A DNA stretch of 64,000 nucleotides from Treponemataceae bacterium (GTDB taxonomy: Bacteria > Spirochaetota > Spirochaetia > Treponematales > Rectinemataceae). Below, piece by piece: positions 28,755-39,010 of this stretch; the stretch's first letter is position 1, and each line of letters begins with the position of its first letter. Under the pieces are notes generated by a model. It was not told where the DNA came from. It made no database searches and saw only the letters and a list, made by a program, of their open reading frames with translations. The position numbers and the translations under genes were made by a program. The stretch is from the NCBI GenBank assembly GCA_963677895.2, contig CAXXGJ010000038.1:224001-288000 (forward strand). The letters are read 5' to 3'.

Positions 28755-30614
28755 CTATAGAAAATTGTCCGTTTCCAGAGAAAGCCCCATCCTCATCGTG
28801 CGCTCCAGATACCCCGACCCCAGCGATTTCACGCTGACATCGAAGATAATCGAATTCTTACGGGTATCGACTGAATATCTGATGAACTTGAGGATGTCGG
28901 CTTCGCCGATTCCCGATTCATCGGCCATCATGCCCGGCCATGTTTTCGTGACCTTGTAGGTTCCGCCATTGCCTCTTGGGCCGGAAACGTGATCCAGCAG
29001 CATCCCCGTGGCTCCCTGGAGCATGCGCTCCGCCGTATCGCGCTGCGATGCTTTCTTGAACGGTATGTCGGGCATGGCTTCCGTTTTTCGGAGTATACGT
29101 ACAGTCTTGCCCTTGCTCTTGCTCTTGATGATGATAGAACATAGCGAGCCTAACGGTTTGCCGGCCGCCAGCATTTGGGCTTCCTGTATGTCGGCGCATT
29201 CCTTGCCGTCGAGAGAGAGAAGGCTGTCGCCGGCTTCGATCCCGCCTTTTCCCGGAAAGACATAGCTTATATCGAGACTTGAATCGAGATTCTTGGCTAT
29301 TCCAAGGCCAAGCCAGGAAGTCTCGATCTTGCCTTCGTCAAAAAGCGATGGGAATACGGTGGAAATCCACGATACGGGAAGAGCGAAATTCAACCCCTGA
29401 AAATTGGAGAGGCCGGCGAAAACAATTCCCAGCAGATCGCCGTCCTCGTCCAGCAGAGGTCCTCCCGAGTTGCCGGGATTTATGGGGGCGTCTATCTGAA
29501 TGGCTTCGCCTCGCGGCAGTATCCTTCTTCCCGTCGCGCTGACGATTCCGGCCGCAACGCTGTTTTCAAGCCCCACGGGGCTCCCGATGGCGTATACTTT
29601 TTGCCCTTTGAAGGCTTTTTCAGGCTTGAAAGGATAAAAGGTATGGGAAGAAATTTCCTGGCTTTTAAGAACGGCTAAATCCAGATCCTCATTCCAGCCA
29701 ACGACTTTCGCCGGAATCCTGGCTTCGGGATTGCTTGGCGGACGTATAGAAAGGCGGGAATATCCATTGTAGGCAGGGTCCACTTCGCTGGATATGACAT
29801 GATAATTGGTTATGTAATAACCGCTGGAATCGACCTGAAAGGCGGTGCCGAGGATCCTCTCCGGGTACCCGACGCCATTTTCGATCTTCAATCCTTTGTC
29901 CACATGGACGGTGACGACGCCGCCGGCCATTTCCCCGATTTCCGTCTTCAGCTTGCCGATCCCTATGGACTGGCTCAGGTATTCCGCCCTCTCCTTTGAT
30001 AAAAAGGAGAATATGCGACGCATGGTAGCGCTGTCTTCGGCCTTTGCCGCCCTGGCGTACCATGATTCCAGGAGAGAAGGATCGATCATTGCCGCGCCGC
30101 CCGGAAGGGAGGACGCGTCCAAGGCCTTATGGATATAGGCCGCGGCTGGAGAATTCAGGTTCCTTTTCGCGTATTCTTCAGCCCTGCCCAGATAAATCTT
30201 CGCAGCCGCGTTTCGAGGTGCGGCATCGCCGGCCACGCGGGATGCTTGGGTGAAAATACCTTCCGCCATGGATTCGATGGCCTGGAGGGAAGAGAGGCTT
30301 TTTTCGGCGGATTTCCATCGGCCTTCTTTCATCTCGGCGCTGAATCGCGCGACAAGTTTTTCGGTCGCGAGGGACGCAAGCTCCGCCAGGTTCTCATCAG
30401 CCAGGCTGGAATCCTGGCTTTCCGATATGGAAATCACGGATAAAGCCTCGATGCACGCTTCCTGGTCGACTTCGGCCAAGGCCAGGAGCTCATCCCGCTT
30501 GAGGACAGAATAATCGACGGTCTTTGTCTCCACCTCAGGAAGATTTGAGCATGAACTAGCCAACAGGAAAAAAATCAGCAGTGCGCCTAAATGCCGCGAT
30601 GCCCCGTGGCTCAT
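28755..30614 (-). CDS. Lipoprotein trypsin-like (S1C/HtrA-like) serine protease with PDZ-like C-terminus
   Basis: Lipobox LASSC and catalytic triad motifs TNYHVI, DLAVL and GNSGGP. Confidence 0.88.
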   Translation of the reverse strand: MSHGASRHLGALLIFFLLASSCSNLPEVETKTVDYSVLKRDELLALAEVDQEACIEALSVISISESQDSSLADENLAELASLATEKLVARFSAEMKEGRWKSAEKSLSSLQAIESMAEGIFTQASRVAGDAAPRNAAAKIYLGRAEEYAKRNLNSPAAAYIHKALDASSLPGGAAMIDPSLLESWYARAAKAEDSATMRRIFSFLSKERAEYLSQSIGIGKLKTEIGEMAGGVVTVHVDKGLKIENGVGYPERILGTAFQVDSSGYYITNYHVISSEVDPAYNGYSRLSIRPPSNPEARIPAKVVGWNEDLDLAVLKSQEISSHTFYPFKPEKAFKGQKVYAIGSPVGLENSVAAGIVSATGRRILPRGEAIQIDAPINPGNSGGPLLDEDGDLLGIVFAGLSNFQGLNFALPVSWISTVFPSLFDEGKIETSWLGLGIAKNLDSSLDISYVFPGKGGIEAGDSLLSLDGKECADIQEAQMLAAGKPLGSLCSIIIKSKSKGKTVRILRKTEAMPDIPFKKASQRDTAERMLQGATGMLLDHVSGPRGNGGTYKVTKTWPGMMADESGIGEADILKFIRYSVDTRKNSIIFDVSVKSLGSGYLERTMRMGLSLETDNFL

Positions 30615-30647
30615 CCCTTCTCCTGTCAGGTTTTGATCACCTGTGCG

Positions 30648-32531
30648 TTAAGCTTCGGTCACCTGTACGTTATGATTGGACTCAAATCCCAGAAGAATCT
30701 TTACGTCGGCATCCTCCAGGGTTTCTTTCTGCATGAGTTCCGCGGCCAAGGCTTCCAGTTTTACCCTTTCCCTGGTGAGAATGTCGGTTGCCTGCTGTAG
30801 CGCTTTGCCGAGAAGATTCTTCAGGGCTTCGTCAATCTTTCTCGCGGTTTCCTCTGAATAATCCTTATGACGCGCTATCTCTTTTCCGATGAAAATCGGC
30901 TCATCTTCCTGGCCATAGGCCATCGGATCTAAATTCTCGCCCATACCCCATTCGCAGACCATTCGGCGCGCCATATCGGTGGCCTGCCGCAGATCCTGGG
31001 CCGTGCCGGTCGTCGTCTCGCCGTATATCAGCCGCTCGGCCGCGTAGCCGCCGTAGGTTATGACAAGCCTGTCATAAAGCCAGCCGCGGGAGAGGGAAAA
31101 AGAATCCTTCTCGGGGAGGGATAACGCGAGTCCCAGCGCCCTGCCCCTCGGGACGATGGTCACCTTGTGCAGCGGATCGGCGTTGGGAAGGAAATAATGC
31201 AGAAGGGCATGGCCTGACTCATGCACGGCCGTCGCCTTCTTCTCTTCCTCGGCGATGACGAGGCTCTTGCGCGCCACGCCCATAAGGACCTTGTCCCTCG
31301 CGTCTTCGAAATCTTCCATCTCTACGGTGGTCTTGTTCTTCCTGATGGCGAAGAGGGCCGCTTCGTTGACCATATTGGCCAAGTCGGCGCCCGAAGTGCC
31401 GGGAGTAGCCTTCGCGAGTCTCAGGACATCGACATTGGGATCGACGGGAATGACAGCCATATGAATCTTTATGATGGCTTCGCGTTCCTTGACGTCTGGC
31501 ATCGCGACGACTACCTGGCGGTCGAAGCGGCCCGGTCTCAGTAAGGCCGGATCCAGCACGTCTGGCCTGTTCGTCGCCGCGAGTATGATGACGCCGTCTT
31601 TGGTGTCGAATCCATCCATCTCAACGAGCATCTGGTTAAGGGTCTGCTCCCTTTCGTCGTGGCCGCCGCCGTAGCCGGCCCCCCTGGTCCTTCCGACGGC
31701 GTCCAGCTCATCGATGAAGAGGATGCAGGGCGCGTTCTTTCTGCCCTGCTCGAAGAGGTCCCTCACCCTGCTTGCCCCGACGCCGACGAACATCTCCACG
31801 AAATCAGATCCCGACATATGGAAGAACGGCACGTTGGCTTCGCCCGCGGTCGCTTTCGCTATGAGGGTCTTCCCGGTTCCGGGCATGCCCACGAGGAGTA
31901 CGCCCTTAGGTATCTTGGCGCCCATCTTGGAGAATTTCTGGGGATTCTTCAGGTAATCGACGACTTCCATGAGTTCATATTTGGCTTCTTTCTGCCCGGC
32001 CACATCGTCAAAGGTTATTTTCTTGCTTGGCTCGACGTAACGCTTGGCCCTGCTCTTGCCGAACTGGAATGCTTTATTGTTGCCCTGCATCTGCCTCATC
32101 ATGATCCAGATAAGGAAGAAGCCGAAAAACCATGGCGCCAATTCAAATAGTATCTGCAGGGGGCTGGAGCTGCCGACGGCTCCCGACACCTTGACGTTCT
32201 TGTCCTTGAGCTGCGCGAGCAGCTGGAGGTCAATGTAAGGAATCGATGTCCTGAACGCCACCTGCGTGCCGTCGGCGCTCCGCAGCGATCCTTCGATCTG
32301 TTTCTGGTCCACGATCTGCACCGAATCCACTTCTCCCAGATCGAGATAGGAAAGAAAAGCGGAATAGGGAATTTCTTTCGAGGGCGACTTATCATTGAAA
32401 AGGAAAAAAGTCGCGAAAAGCACCGTCAGGGAAAGGAAAACCGCTAGAGCAGCCTTGTTGGCCCTCGGGGGAATCCCCTTGGGCAGTTCGGGACGTTTGG
32501 GGTTTTCGTCGTTCTTCTTATCGTCAAGCAT
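30648..32531 (-). CDS. ftsH: ATP-dependent zinc metalloprotease FtsH
   Basis: Two TM helices, [17 protein letters not shown] motif RPGRFDR and HESGH. Confidence 0.98.
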   Translation of the reverse strand: MLDDKKNDENPKRPELPKGIPPRANKAALAVFLSLTVLFATFFLFNDKSPSKEIPYSAFLSYLDLGEVDSVQIVDQKQIEGSLRSADGTQVAFRTSIPYIDLQLLAQLKDKNVKVSGAVGSSSPLQILFELAPWFFGFFLIWIMMRQMQGNNKAFQFGKSRAKRYVEPSKKITFDDVAGQKEAKYELMEVVDYLKNPQKFSKMGAKIPKGVLLVGMPGTGKTLIAKATAGEANVPFFHMSGSDFVEMFVGVGASRVRDLFEQGRKNAPCILFIDELDAVGRTRGAGYGGGHDEREQTLNQMLVEMDGFDTKDGVIILAATNRPDVLDPALLRPGRFDRQVVVAMPDVKEREAIIKIHMAVIPVDPNVDVLRLAKATPGTSGADLANMVNEAALFAIRKNKTTVEMEDFEDARDKVLMGVARKSLVIAEEEKKATAVHESGHALLHYFLPNADPLHKVTIVPRGRALGLALSLPEKDSFSLSRGWLYDRLVITYGGYAAERLIYGETTTGTAQDLRQATDMARRMVCEWGMGENLDPMAYGQEDEPIFIGKEIARHKDYSEETARKIDEALKNLLGKALQQATDILTRERVKLEALAAELMQKETLEDADVKILLGFESNHNVQVTEA

Positions 32532-32536
32532 CGAAA

Positions 32537-33979
32537 TTATGCTCCTTTTATCCTGATATAAAGCCTGCGGCCATTCTGCGGACCTGCATAGTTCCTGAAT
32601 TTCTCGTTGTGCGAGTGAGCCGCTTCAAGCGAAGATGGAAGGACGGCCACAATCCCTTCCCTGTCCTCTATGACCGGAACGAGATTCCTGACCCCTTTGT
32701 CCAGGCGCCAGGACTTCATTATATCGTCCAGTCGCTTTTCGCCTTCCACAGCCCTTATCACGTCTCCCGCTTTTCGAGAGCGCACTATCAATGGAAAAAC
32801 GAAGGATCCTTCGATCAAGTATCCTCTGCGCTTTGCCTTCTCTCCACCGGAACCTTGGGTTTCGACTTCCGGGGCATCCCATTCTATGGTAATCTCGGTC
32901 GGGCCGCAACGATAGATTCCCACCGAAGATATCACGAAAAAATACTTGTCTTCGCCATGAAAATCAAGCCCAGGCGTGATTTCCAGCCTTCCGTCACTGA
33001 TAAAAAGTCTCGCCCCGGGGACATCCGCCCCGGAAGCGCCCTGAACGATCGATTCGGATGCGGATCTCAACGCTTTCCAGGACAAGCGGCCTTCCCTGCC
33101 CAGAATTACCATGCACCGGGCAAGCATCCTTATCCTGATGGCAGCCGACGCCGATGAAAAAGCTTCAAGGTCGATCGAGGCTTTTTTCCCTTCCAGATCG
33201 ATATGGCATGCGTCGAGGGCCTTGCCTAGAACTTCATCCAGAACAAGCTTATCGTCGGCTAGTTTGATGGAAGTCCCGAGGAGCCCGTTTTTCCATCCGG
33301 GAAACTCGCGGTCAAGCGTCGGCATGATCGCGTGACGAATCCTGTTCCGCGTATAGCTGGCCGACGCGTTGGTGGAATCGGTGGAAACGGCGAGCTTTTC
33401 CGAAATGGCATATCGCTCGATGTCTTTCCTGGAAAGAGACAAAATCGGTCTTATAAGAAGAAGCCCGTCGCCTATATCGCGAAGAGGCTGGATTCCCCCG
33501 AGTCCGTCGATGCTCGATGCGCTGAGAAACCGGCTGATAAGGGTTTCCAGCTGATCATCGGCATTATGGGCAGTGCAGATCGCGCTCATTCCAAAGCGTT
33601 TAGCGCAACGCCTCAGGATTCCATACCTGACTTCGCGCGCCGCCGCTTCTATCCCGATTTTTTTCTTATCGGCTAATTTCCGAATCGCTCCCGGCTTTAC
33701 GGTCGCGATAGTGAGCGGAAGGTGAAGGCCGCGGCATGTTTCGCGGACAATTTCCCTCTCCCTTCGAAGTTCATCGGCCGGCCTTAAGTTATGCATGACG
33801 TGGACCGCGCGCAGGGAATTGAGGCCTCTTGAGGCAAGCGCGCAGAGCAAGGAGGCGGAATCGACCCCGCCTGAATACGCCACAACGAGTCCCTGGCCAA
33901 CAGTGTCCGGATGATCGGCAAAAAAGGTTTCAAGACAGCGGTCCATTGGTGAGAAACCAGTTTTTCTGCCCCCATTCAT
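32537..33979 (-). CDS. tilS: tRNA(Ile)-lysidine synthetase
   Basis: PP-loop SGGVDS, EAAAREVRY, AHNADDQLET and RNRIR; upstream of ftsH. Confidence 0.95.
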   Translation of the reverse strand: MNGGRKTGFSPMDRCLETFFADHPDTVGQGLVVAYSGGVDSASLLCALASRGLNSLRAVHVMHNLRPADELRREREIVRETCRGLHLPLTIATVKPGAIRKLADKKKIGIEAAAREVRYGILRRCAKRFGMSAICTAHNADDQLETLISRFLSASSIDGLGGIQPLRDIGDGLLLIRPILSLSRKDIERYAISEKLAVSTDSTNASASYTRNRIRHAIMPTLDREFPGWKNGLLGTSIKLADDKLVLDEVLGKALDACHIDLEGKKASIDLEAFSSASAAIRIRMLARCMVILGREGRLSWKALRSASESIVQGASGADVPGARLFISDGRLEITPGLDFHGEDKYFFVISSVGIYRCGPTEITIEWDAPEVETQGSGGEKAKRRGYLIEGSFVFPLIVRSRKAGDVIRAVEGEKRLDDIMKSWRLDKGVRNLVPVIEDREGIVAVLPSSLEAAHSHNEKFRNYAGPQNGRRLYIRIKGA

Positions 33980-34036
33980 CTATGTAGACCCCGGGATTCG
34001 TTCATTTTCCTTCCGCGTTTCGTCAGGCTGCCTCAT

Positions 34037-34072
34037 AAAAAAAACAGTTTTGCGGGAATTCCCGCAAAACTG
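34037..34072 (-). terminator. Intrinsic terminator after rplY
   Basis: Perfect palindrome CAGTTTTGCGGGAATTCCCGCAAAACTG followed by T8 on the minus strand. Confidence 0.85.
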
Positions 34073-34100
34073 CAATGTTCTTCGCGAAAACAGTCCCGAA

Positions 34101-34772
34101 TTAAGCCTTCGCCTTCGCCTCCGGAGCGGCGGCAGCGGTTGCGGCGGCTTCCGGAGCGGCCGCGGCGGCTTCGCCCGCGACGGCTTCGACAGCGGCTTCG
34201 GCCGGCTTCTCTTCCACTTCCTCGCGCGCGTACTTGACGATGGCGATCACCTGGTCGGGGCTCGTAAGCACCTTCACCTCGGGCGACAGGGTCAAATCGC
34301 GGACATGGAAAGCGTGGTTGACGCCCAGACCGGAAACGTCGATTTCAATTCTCTCGGGCAGTACGGAGGGATCGCACTCGACTTCGATATCGTGAGCCGG
34401 ATTCTCCAGGATGCCGCCTTCGACAACGCCGATAGGCGTTCCCTTGAGAATCAGCCTGACGCGAGCATGCAGCTTCTTGCCTTCCTGCACTTCGAGGAAA
34501 TCGATGTGAAGCACATACTTCTCGACCGCGTGGCGCTGGTGATCCTTCACGAAAGCGTTGATTTTCCTGCCTTCGATATCGAGGGTGATGATCGTACTTT
34601 CGGTGATGCTCTTCAGGGCTTTTTCGTATTCCTTAGCATTGACCAGCAGGTTGCTGGCAGACTTGCCGCCGCCGTATACGACAGCGGGAATCTTGCCGTC
34701 AATCCTATATTGATTGAGCTGTCCCTTCGTCGATTTTTCTCTATTGAATGCCTGAATCACAAAGTGTTCCAT
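34101..34772 (-). CDS. rplY: 50S ribosomal protein L25 / general stress protein Ctc
   Basis: GKIPAVVYG and HIDF motifs with an Ala/Glu-rich tail; AAGGAG RBS before ATG 34772. Confidence 0.95.
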   Translation of the reverse strand: MEHFVIQAFNREKSTKGQLNQYRIDGKIPAVVYGGGKSASNLLVNAKEYEKALKSITESTIITLDIEGRKINAFVKDHQRHAVEKYVLHIDFLEVQEGKKLHARVRLILKGTPIGVVEGGILENPAHDIEVECDPSVLPERIEIDVSGLGVNHAFHVRDLTLSPEVKVLTSPDQVIAIVKYAREEVEEKPAEAAVEAVAGEAAAAAPEAAATAAAAPEAKAKA

Positions 34773-34811
34773 ACTGAATCTCTCCTTACGCATTTGGCTT
34801 TTTAAGCCGTA

Positions 34812-34883
34812 CTGGGACGGCAGGATTCGAACCTGCGAATACCGGGACCAAAACCCGGGGGCTTACCGCTTGCCGACGTCCCA
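34812..34883 (-). tRNA. tRNA-Gln (anticodon TTG), CCA not encoded
   Basis: Acceptor stem TGGGACG/CGTCCCA, anticodon arm CCGGG-TTTTGGT-CCCGG and T-arm GCAGG-TTCGAAT-CCTGC. Confidence 0.96.
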
Positions 34884-34923
34884 AATTGTGAGTATCTGTC
34901 CAGCGCTCGGTGCTGCTGCTAGA

Positions 34924-35208
34924 TCAGTCGAATTCCGGGACTGTCGCGTCGGTTCCAGCGCTTGAAGCGTAGGCCGCGAGTATTCGCTCCTGAAGGCGCG
35001 TTCTGAAATCCGGACATATCGGGTGAGCGATATCCTTGTACTCCCCCGTGTTCGTCCTTCTGCTGGGCATCGCGATGAAGACTCCGTTCTTCCCCTCGAT
35101 TATCTTCACATTGTGCACCACGAAGCATTCATCAAAGGTGACGGTTACATACGCCTTCAACTTCCCCTCAGTCGGAACTTTGCGGATTCGGATGTCCGTA
35201 ATTTCCAT
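34924..35208 (-). CDS. spoVG: Nucleic-acid-binding regulator SpoVG
   Basis: [10 protein letters not shown]...FVVHNVKII...FIAMPSR...DIAHPI. Confidence 0.97.
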   Translation of the reverse strand: MEITDIRIRKVPTEGKLKAYVTVTFDECFVVHNVKIIEGKNGVFIAMPSRRTNTGEYKDIAHPICPDFRTRLQERILAAYASSAGTDATVPEFD

Positions 35209-35251
35209 AGTAAGGACGCTCCTTTTGTGTACGCAGTTACATATATGGATT

Positions 35252-36187
35252 TTAGCCTAGATACAGACTTGTTTCAAGCGGTTTTATTGCATGCAACCCC
35301 ATGCCGTATAAGGTATTTTCAGCATTTCCATCGTCGGCTCCGGACTTCAGCTTCGCTTCCGCGAGATGCGCGTCCCGCATCGACCCGAACACTCCGTACA
35401 TGCAGGAACCCGATCCCGTTATGGAAACATGAAGCGCCCCCGCTTTCCTGAGCATCTTTTCAAGATCGGCATAGACGGGGAAATTATGGTACAGCATCTT
35501 CCTGAAGGAATTATCGAACTTCCACGCTTCGAGCGGGCCCCTGTAGGCGGACAAAAGTTCGTCTTTACGGATATCGAGGCTCTCCGGGGCGTCTTCCGCA
35601 TAGGGGGAAGCTCTGTCGCCGCGTCGTAATGAATCCAGCTCCGCAAAAGCCCACTTGGTCGACACGCCGAAACCCGGATGGATGAGCAGGATGGCGAAAT
35701 CGCTTCGGGGCGCGATAGGTTCGATGATATCGCCGATACCTGAGACCATGGCCGCGCCGCCTGAAAGAAAGAAAGGGACGTCAGCGCCAATGCGAGCCCC
35801 CATTTCGCGCAATTCGGAGGAGGTAAGTCGAGACCCATATAGCCTATCGAGAGCTACCAGCGCCGCCGCGGCGTCGGCCGATCCTCCTCCCAGGCCGGCT
35901 TTCGCGGGAATGCCTTTTTCCACGACAGCCTTGAATCCCCCCGATATTCCGAACCGCTTCCTGAATAGATCGGCCGCTTTATAGACCGTCGTGTCCTCGG
36001 GGCGGCAATCGAATGCGCCTTCGACGCTGATGCCCCCGGCTTCCCGCCTGGAAAAGACTATTTTATCAGATATGCCCACCGAATGGAAAATGCCGAGGAT
36101 AGGATGATAACCGTCCGGACGGGGTTTCCCGATCTCAAGCCCGATATTGATCTTCGCGAAGGCTTCGATCGCGATTTCACGCTTCAT
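35252..36187 (-). CDS. ispE: 4-diphosphocytidyl-2-C-methyl-D-erythritol kinase
   Basis: [30 protein letters not shown] and TGSGS motifs. Confidence 0.96.
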   Translation of the reverse strand: MKREIAIEAFAKINIGLEIGKPRPDGYHPILGIFHSVGISDKIVFSRREAGGISVEGAFDCRPEDTTVYKAADLFRKRFGISGGFKAVVEKGIPAKAGLGGGSADAAAALVALDRLYGSRLTSSELREMGARIGADVPFFLSGGAAMVSGIGDIIEPIAPRSDFAILLIHPGFGVSTKWAFAELDSLRRGDRASPYAEDAPESLDIRKDELLSAYRGPLEAWKFDNSFRKMLYHNFPVYADLEKMLRKAGALHVSITGSGSCMYGVFGSMRDAHLAEAKLKSGADDGNAENTLYGMGLHAIKPLETSLYLG

Positions 36188-36195
36188 GGACTAAG

Positions 36196-36224
36196 AATCT
36201 AGTATCAAAGAGGCTCTATGTCAA
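36196..36224 (-). promoter_or_regulatory. ispE operon promoter (leaderless-type)
   Basis: TTGACA-N17-TAGATT-N8-ATG with no SD. Confidence 0.65.
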
Positions 36225-36283
36225 AGATTTTTTCTCCTTTACCCCATCTTGTTCTTTTTTTGCCCGAAAACACGTTTTTCCAG

Positions 36284-36368
36284 TTGACAGATTCCAATAT
36301 GCTCTTTAGATTTTCGTTGCCAGATGAAATAAATGGGGCTTGACGCGCCCGCTTAATGTAAGCATAGT
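36284..36368 (+). promoter_or_regulatory. Tandem sigma70-type promoters for the acidic protein gene
   Basis: TTGACA-N17-TAGATT (36284-36312) and TTGACG-N17-CATAGT (36340-36368). Confidence 0.55.
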
Positions 36369-36416
36369 ACGCAGGCTTTGAGACTTTTCGATGGTAAGGT
36401 GAGGGAGGAAACTGCG

Positions 36417-36752
36417 ATGACCCCCATTTATAGCGCATTTGCATCGACTGAATCGGAATATGAACTTGTTACGATAGCCGGAGAAGGCTCTATAGAAAAC
36501 GCGGGTTTTGTGCTCCGTTCCCCGGTTCATTTCGATGACAGCTATGACGCCGACTATGAGGATTTCGACGAGGAAGAGGATGATATGAGCGACGACGAAG
36601 ACGAGTTCGATGATGACGACGATTTTGACGACGAAGACGATGATTTCGACGATGACGACGACTTCGACGATGAAGACGATGATTTCGACGATGACGACGA
36701 TGACGAGTTCGGCTACGACGATGACGTGGAGTATGACGATCTCGACGAGTAA
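36417..36752 (+). CDS. Small hyper-acidic hypothetical protein (111 aa)
   Basis: GGGAGG RBS, own promoters and terminator; synonymous GAC/GAT and TTC/TTT variation within the repeats indicates real coding. Confidence 0.8.
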   Translation: MTPIYSAFASTESEYELVTIAGEGSIENAGFVLRSPVHFDDSYDADYEDFDEEEDDMSDDEDEFDDDDDFDDEDDDFDDDDDFDDEDDDFDDDDDDEFGYDDDVEYDDLDE

Positions 36753-36773
36753 AGCGCCGTAACGCTTGAAACG

Positions 36774-36817
36774 AAAAAAGGCTGTCCGCGATGTTTCATC
36801 GCCGGACAGCCTTTTTT
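36774..36817. terminator. Bidirectional intrinsic terminator
   Basis: A6-GGCTGTCCG...CGGACAGCC-T6 between convergent genes. Confidence 0.88.
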
Positions 36818-36839
36818 ATGCCATGAAGACCTTATGCGG

Positions 36840-37220
36840 TTATTCCTCCGCCGTTTCCTGCCTGCCGGGAGACGCTTCGATCTTGAAGACCTTTGCCTTG
36901 AACCAAAGCTTTTCCAGTTCGTAGAAAGTACGCGCTTCCTGACTCATTATGTGAACGATCACATCCCCCAAGTCATGGAGAAGCCAGCTTTCATCCTCCG
37001 TGGCCACGGGTTTGTTGAGCGGCTTTTGCTTATCCTCCGTGAGATAAGCGTCCACGAAGCGTGACAGGCCGCGCAGGTGGGTAATCGAAGTGCTGGTGCC
37101 GATGACGAAATAATCCGTCCATCCGGCGATCCCCGTCAGATCCATCACAACCACATCGCCGGCTTTATGCTCGGCGAGAATGGACGCAATATTGAATGCA
37201 AGCGATTTACTATCGGACAC
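36840..37220 (-). CDS. rsfS: Ribosome silencing factor
   Basis: DYFVIGT, WLLHDLGDVIVHIM and RTFYELEKLW; GTG start with GGAGG RBS. Confidence 0.95.
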   Translation of the reverse strand: MSDSKSLAFNIASILAEHKAGDVVVMDLTGIAGWTDYFVIGTSTSITHLRGLSRFVDAYLTEDKQKPLNKPVATEDESWLLHDLGDVIVHIMSQEARTFYELEKLWFKAKVFKIEASPGRQETAEE

Positions 37221-38385
37221 AAATCCTCCCATTGAAATCATTCCCCAGAATTATCGTATAATCGGCCTTTATTTTTCCGGTATACTCGGCCGCTTCGGAG
37301 AAATTCGAACATTTTATGACGCCGGCGATTGAAGACAAGGCTTCCTTGTCGCCAAAACGATCGATCAGGACAGTCTTCGCGTAATCCAGGTTTGCGGCGT
37401 TGCCGACGGCAACGACATCGTAGCCGAAGCTGCCGAATATTTCGGCGGTTCGGGCGGCAAGCCCCCTCTCCGTCGTGCCGTTCAAGATTTCCACCGTATA
37501 TATCTTGCTGCTCGATGACGCGACATTTGAGGCGTTCATGGCATTGAGCGTCTGCTTAAGCATGTCGCGGGCCAGTTCTCCGTCGTAGAAAGGAAAGAAA
37601 AGGCTCTGCCCCTCCACGTTCCTGTATATGCCGGTGATTTTCTGCAGGAGAATGGAATCGGCGTCCAGCTTGGCTATCTCCCGGACCAGCATCTTTTTGG
37701 CCTCGGCGTTGAAATTGCTGTCCATGGCCGCGGCGAGGGTCGCCGACGCCCTTTTATCGTCAAAATATTTGGACTTGTCGGAGAGCTTTTTCAGCAAAGC
37801 TATGGACAGTTTTTGCCTCCGCACGAGAGTATCGCCCTCGCTCTCGTTCTCTTCCTTATAGCGAAGGTACTGCAATACCTTATCGCCGTCGAGGTTCACC
37901 GCGCCGCCGGGGAGCATCACTCCCGCCTCGCCTTCCTGGATGATCATGGACGGTATGAAAAGCTGGAGTCCGTCGAGGAGGTCCACGACGGTGCTGAGGC
38001 TTTTCTCGTTGAAAAGAAGATAGCCGTTCAATGGAATATCGAGGTAGCTCGAAACCTCGGTCAGGAAATTCTTGGGGCTGCCCGCTTTGTATATATAGTC
38101 GATCCTGTCCATGCGCTTGATGGTCTTGAGGATGACGGCCGTATTGGCCGGTATGTCGAGGAGGGCCGCCTTGGATTTGGATGCGTAGAACATCAGAAGC
38201 TGCGTCGAAACCGGCTTATTTCCCTGCTCGAAAATGAGGAGTATATTGATAGGCCTGTCGGTTTTCAGCTGCATCGAAAGACTCTCCGCCCTCAGCGCCA
38301 CGGCGCCGACTATGACAGCGGACGCGAAAAGCGCTAGAATCACCCATAGAAGAATATGGCTTTTATTGAATCGTATCTTTCTCAT
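37210..38385 (-). CDS. LCP (LytR-CpsA-Psr) family protein with LytR_C domain
   Basis: N-terminal TM helix, DIPANT, LDGDKVLQYLRY...RRQK and C-terminal VEILNGT...GLAA...IILGNDF. Confidence 0.85.
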   Translation of the reverse strand: MRKIRFNKSHILLWVILALFASAVIVGAVALRAESLSMQLKTDRPINILLIFEQGNKPVSTQLLMFYASKSKAALLDIPANTAVILKTIKRMDRIDYIYKAGSPKNFLTEVSSYLDIPLNGYLLFNEKSLSTVVDLLDGLQLFIPSMIIQEGEAGVMLPGGAVNLDGDKVLQYLRYKEENESEGDTLVRRQKLSIALLKKLSDKSKYFDDKRASATLAAAMDSNFNAEAKKMLVREIAKLDADSILLQKITGIYRNVEGQSLFFPFYDGELARDMLKQTLNAMNASNVASSSSKIYTVEILNGTTERGLAARTAEIFGSFGYDVVAVGNAANLDYAKTVLIDRFGDKEALSSIAGVIKCSNFSEAAEYTGKIKADYTIILGNDFNGRICVR

Positions 38386-38386
38386 T

Positions 38387-39010
38387 TCAATTATCACTCA
38401 TCGTGAGGGCATTGTATAAGTCGAGAGTGCTTTGGGCAATAGCGTGGTCCTTTTTCCTGAGCCAGCCCATGCTCAAGTTCAACGCGTAAAGAAGAAGGGC
38501 GTCCAGGTCAAGGATGTCGACCTGCGACAATTCCGCCTGCGTTATATAAACGCGCCGCGGCTCCATCTTGTCCGCTACGAACAGTATTTTGGCAAGCGCT
38601 GACATGGAAGCGGAGGCCGACGAATGGAGGGCCACGGCTTCAAGCATGTCATGATCCCGAAGTTCGCACTCGCGACGCAGGAAGACCGCGGCAGCGGGGC
38701 CATGGATGATCTTGTCGGCGAAGGATTTTTCCGCGTCCATGCGGCTGACGACGGAAGCGATAAAGTCGAGGCCAGGTTCGGAAGCGGCCTCCCCGGCCAG
38801 CTCCCACTGGAATTCCACGGGTTTGTCCTTCATGAGGTCGTGGGCGAGACCGGCGACGTAGCCATCCTCGGGATCCAACCCAAACCGGACGCATAGTCTG
38901 GAAGCCATCGTCGCCACCGACAGCGAATGCTCGATCCGCGAGGGCTTGCAGAAACCGTTCAAATAGCCGCGGACGAGAGGTTCAAGACTTCTGGAGTCCA
39001 TATAGTCCAT
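38387..39010 (-). CDS. yqeK: HD-domain hydrolase YqeK (Ap4A hydrolase family)
   Basis: RIEHSLSV, GLAHD, HGPAAA and ADKMEP motifs; directly after nadD. Confidence 0.85.
   Translation of the reverse strand: MDYMDSRSLEPLVRGYLNGFCKPSRIEHSLSVATMASRLCVRFGLDPEDGYVAGLAHDLMKDKPVEFQWELAGEAASEPGLDFIASVVSRMDAEKSFADKIIHGPAAAVFLRRECELRDHDMLEAVALHSSASASMSALAKILFVADKMEPRRVYITQAELSQVDILDLDALLLYALNLSMGWLRKKDHAIAQSTLDLYNALTMSDN

Noticed and set aside
33988..33999. 12-mer ACCCCGGGATTC shared with the rplI-dnaB intergenic region
   Set aside because: A single 12-nt match is plausible by chance and no flanking structure is shared.
34101..34230. GCGGC-rich repeats at the 3' end of rplY
   Set aside because: They encode the ordinary Ala/Glu/Pro-rich tail of L25/Ctc.
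36534..36752. GAC/GAT-rich repeats as a CRISPR array or DNA microsatellite
   Set aside because: No repeat-spacer structure; variation is synonymous, consistent with a coding Asp-rich tract.
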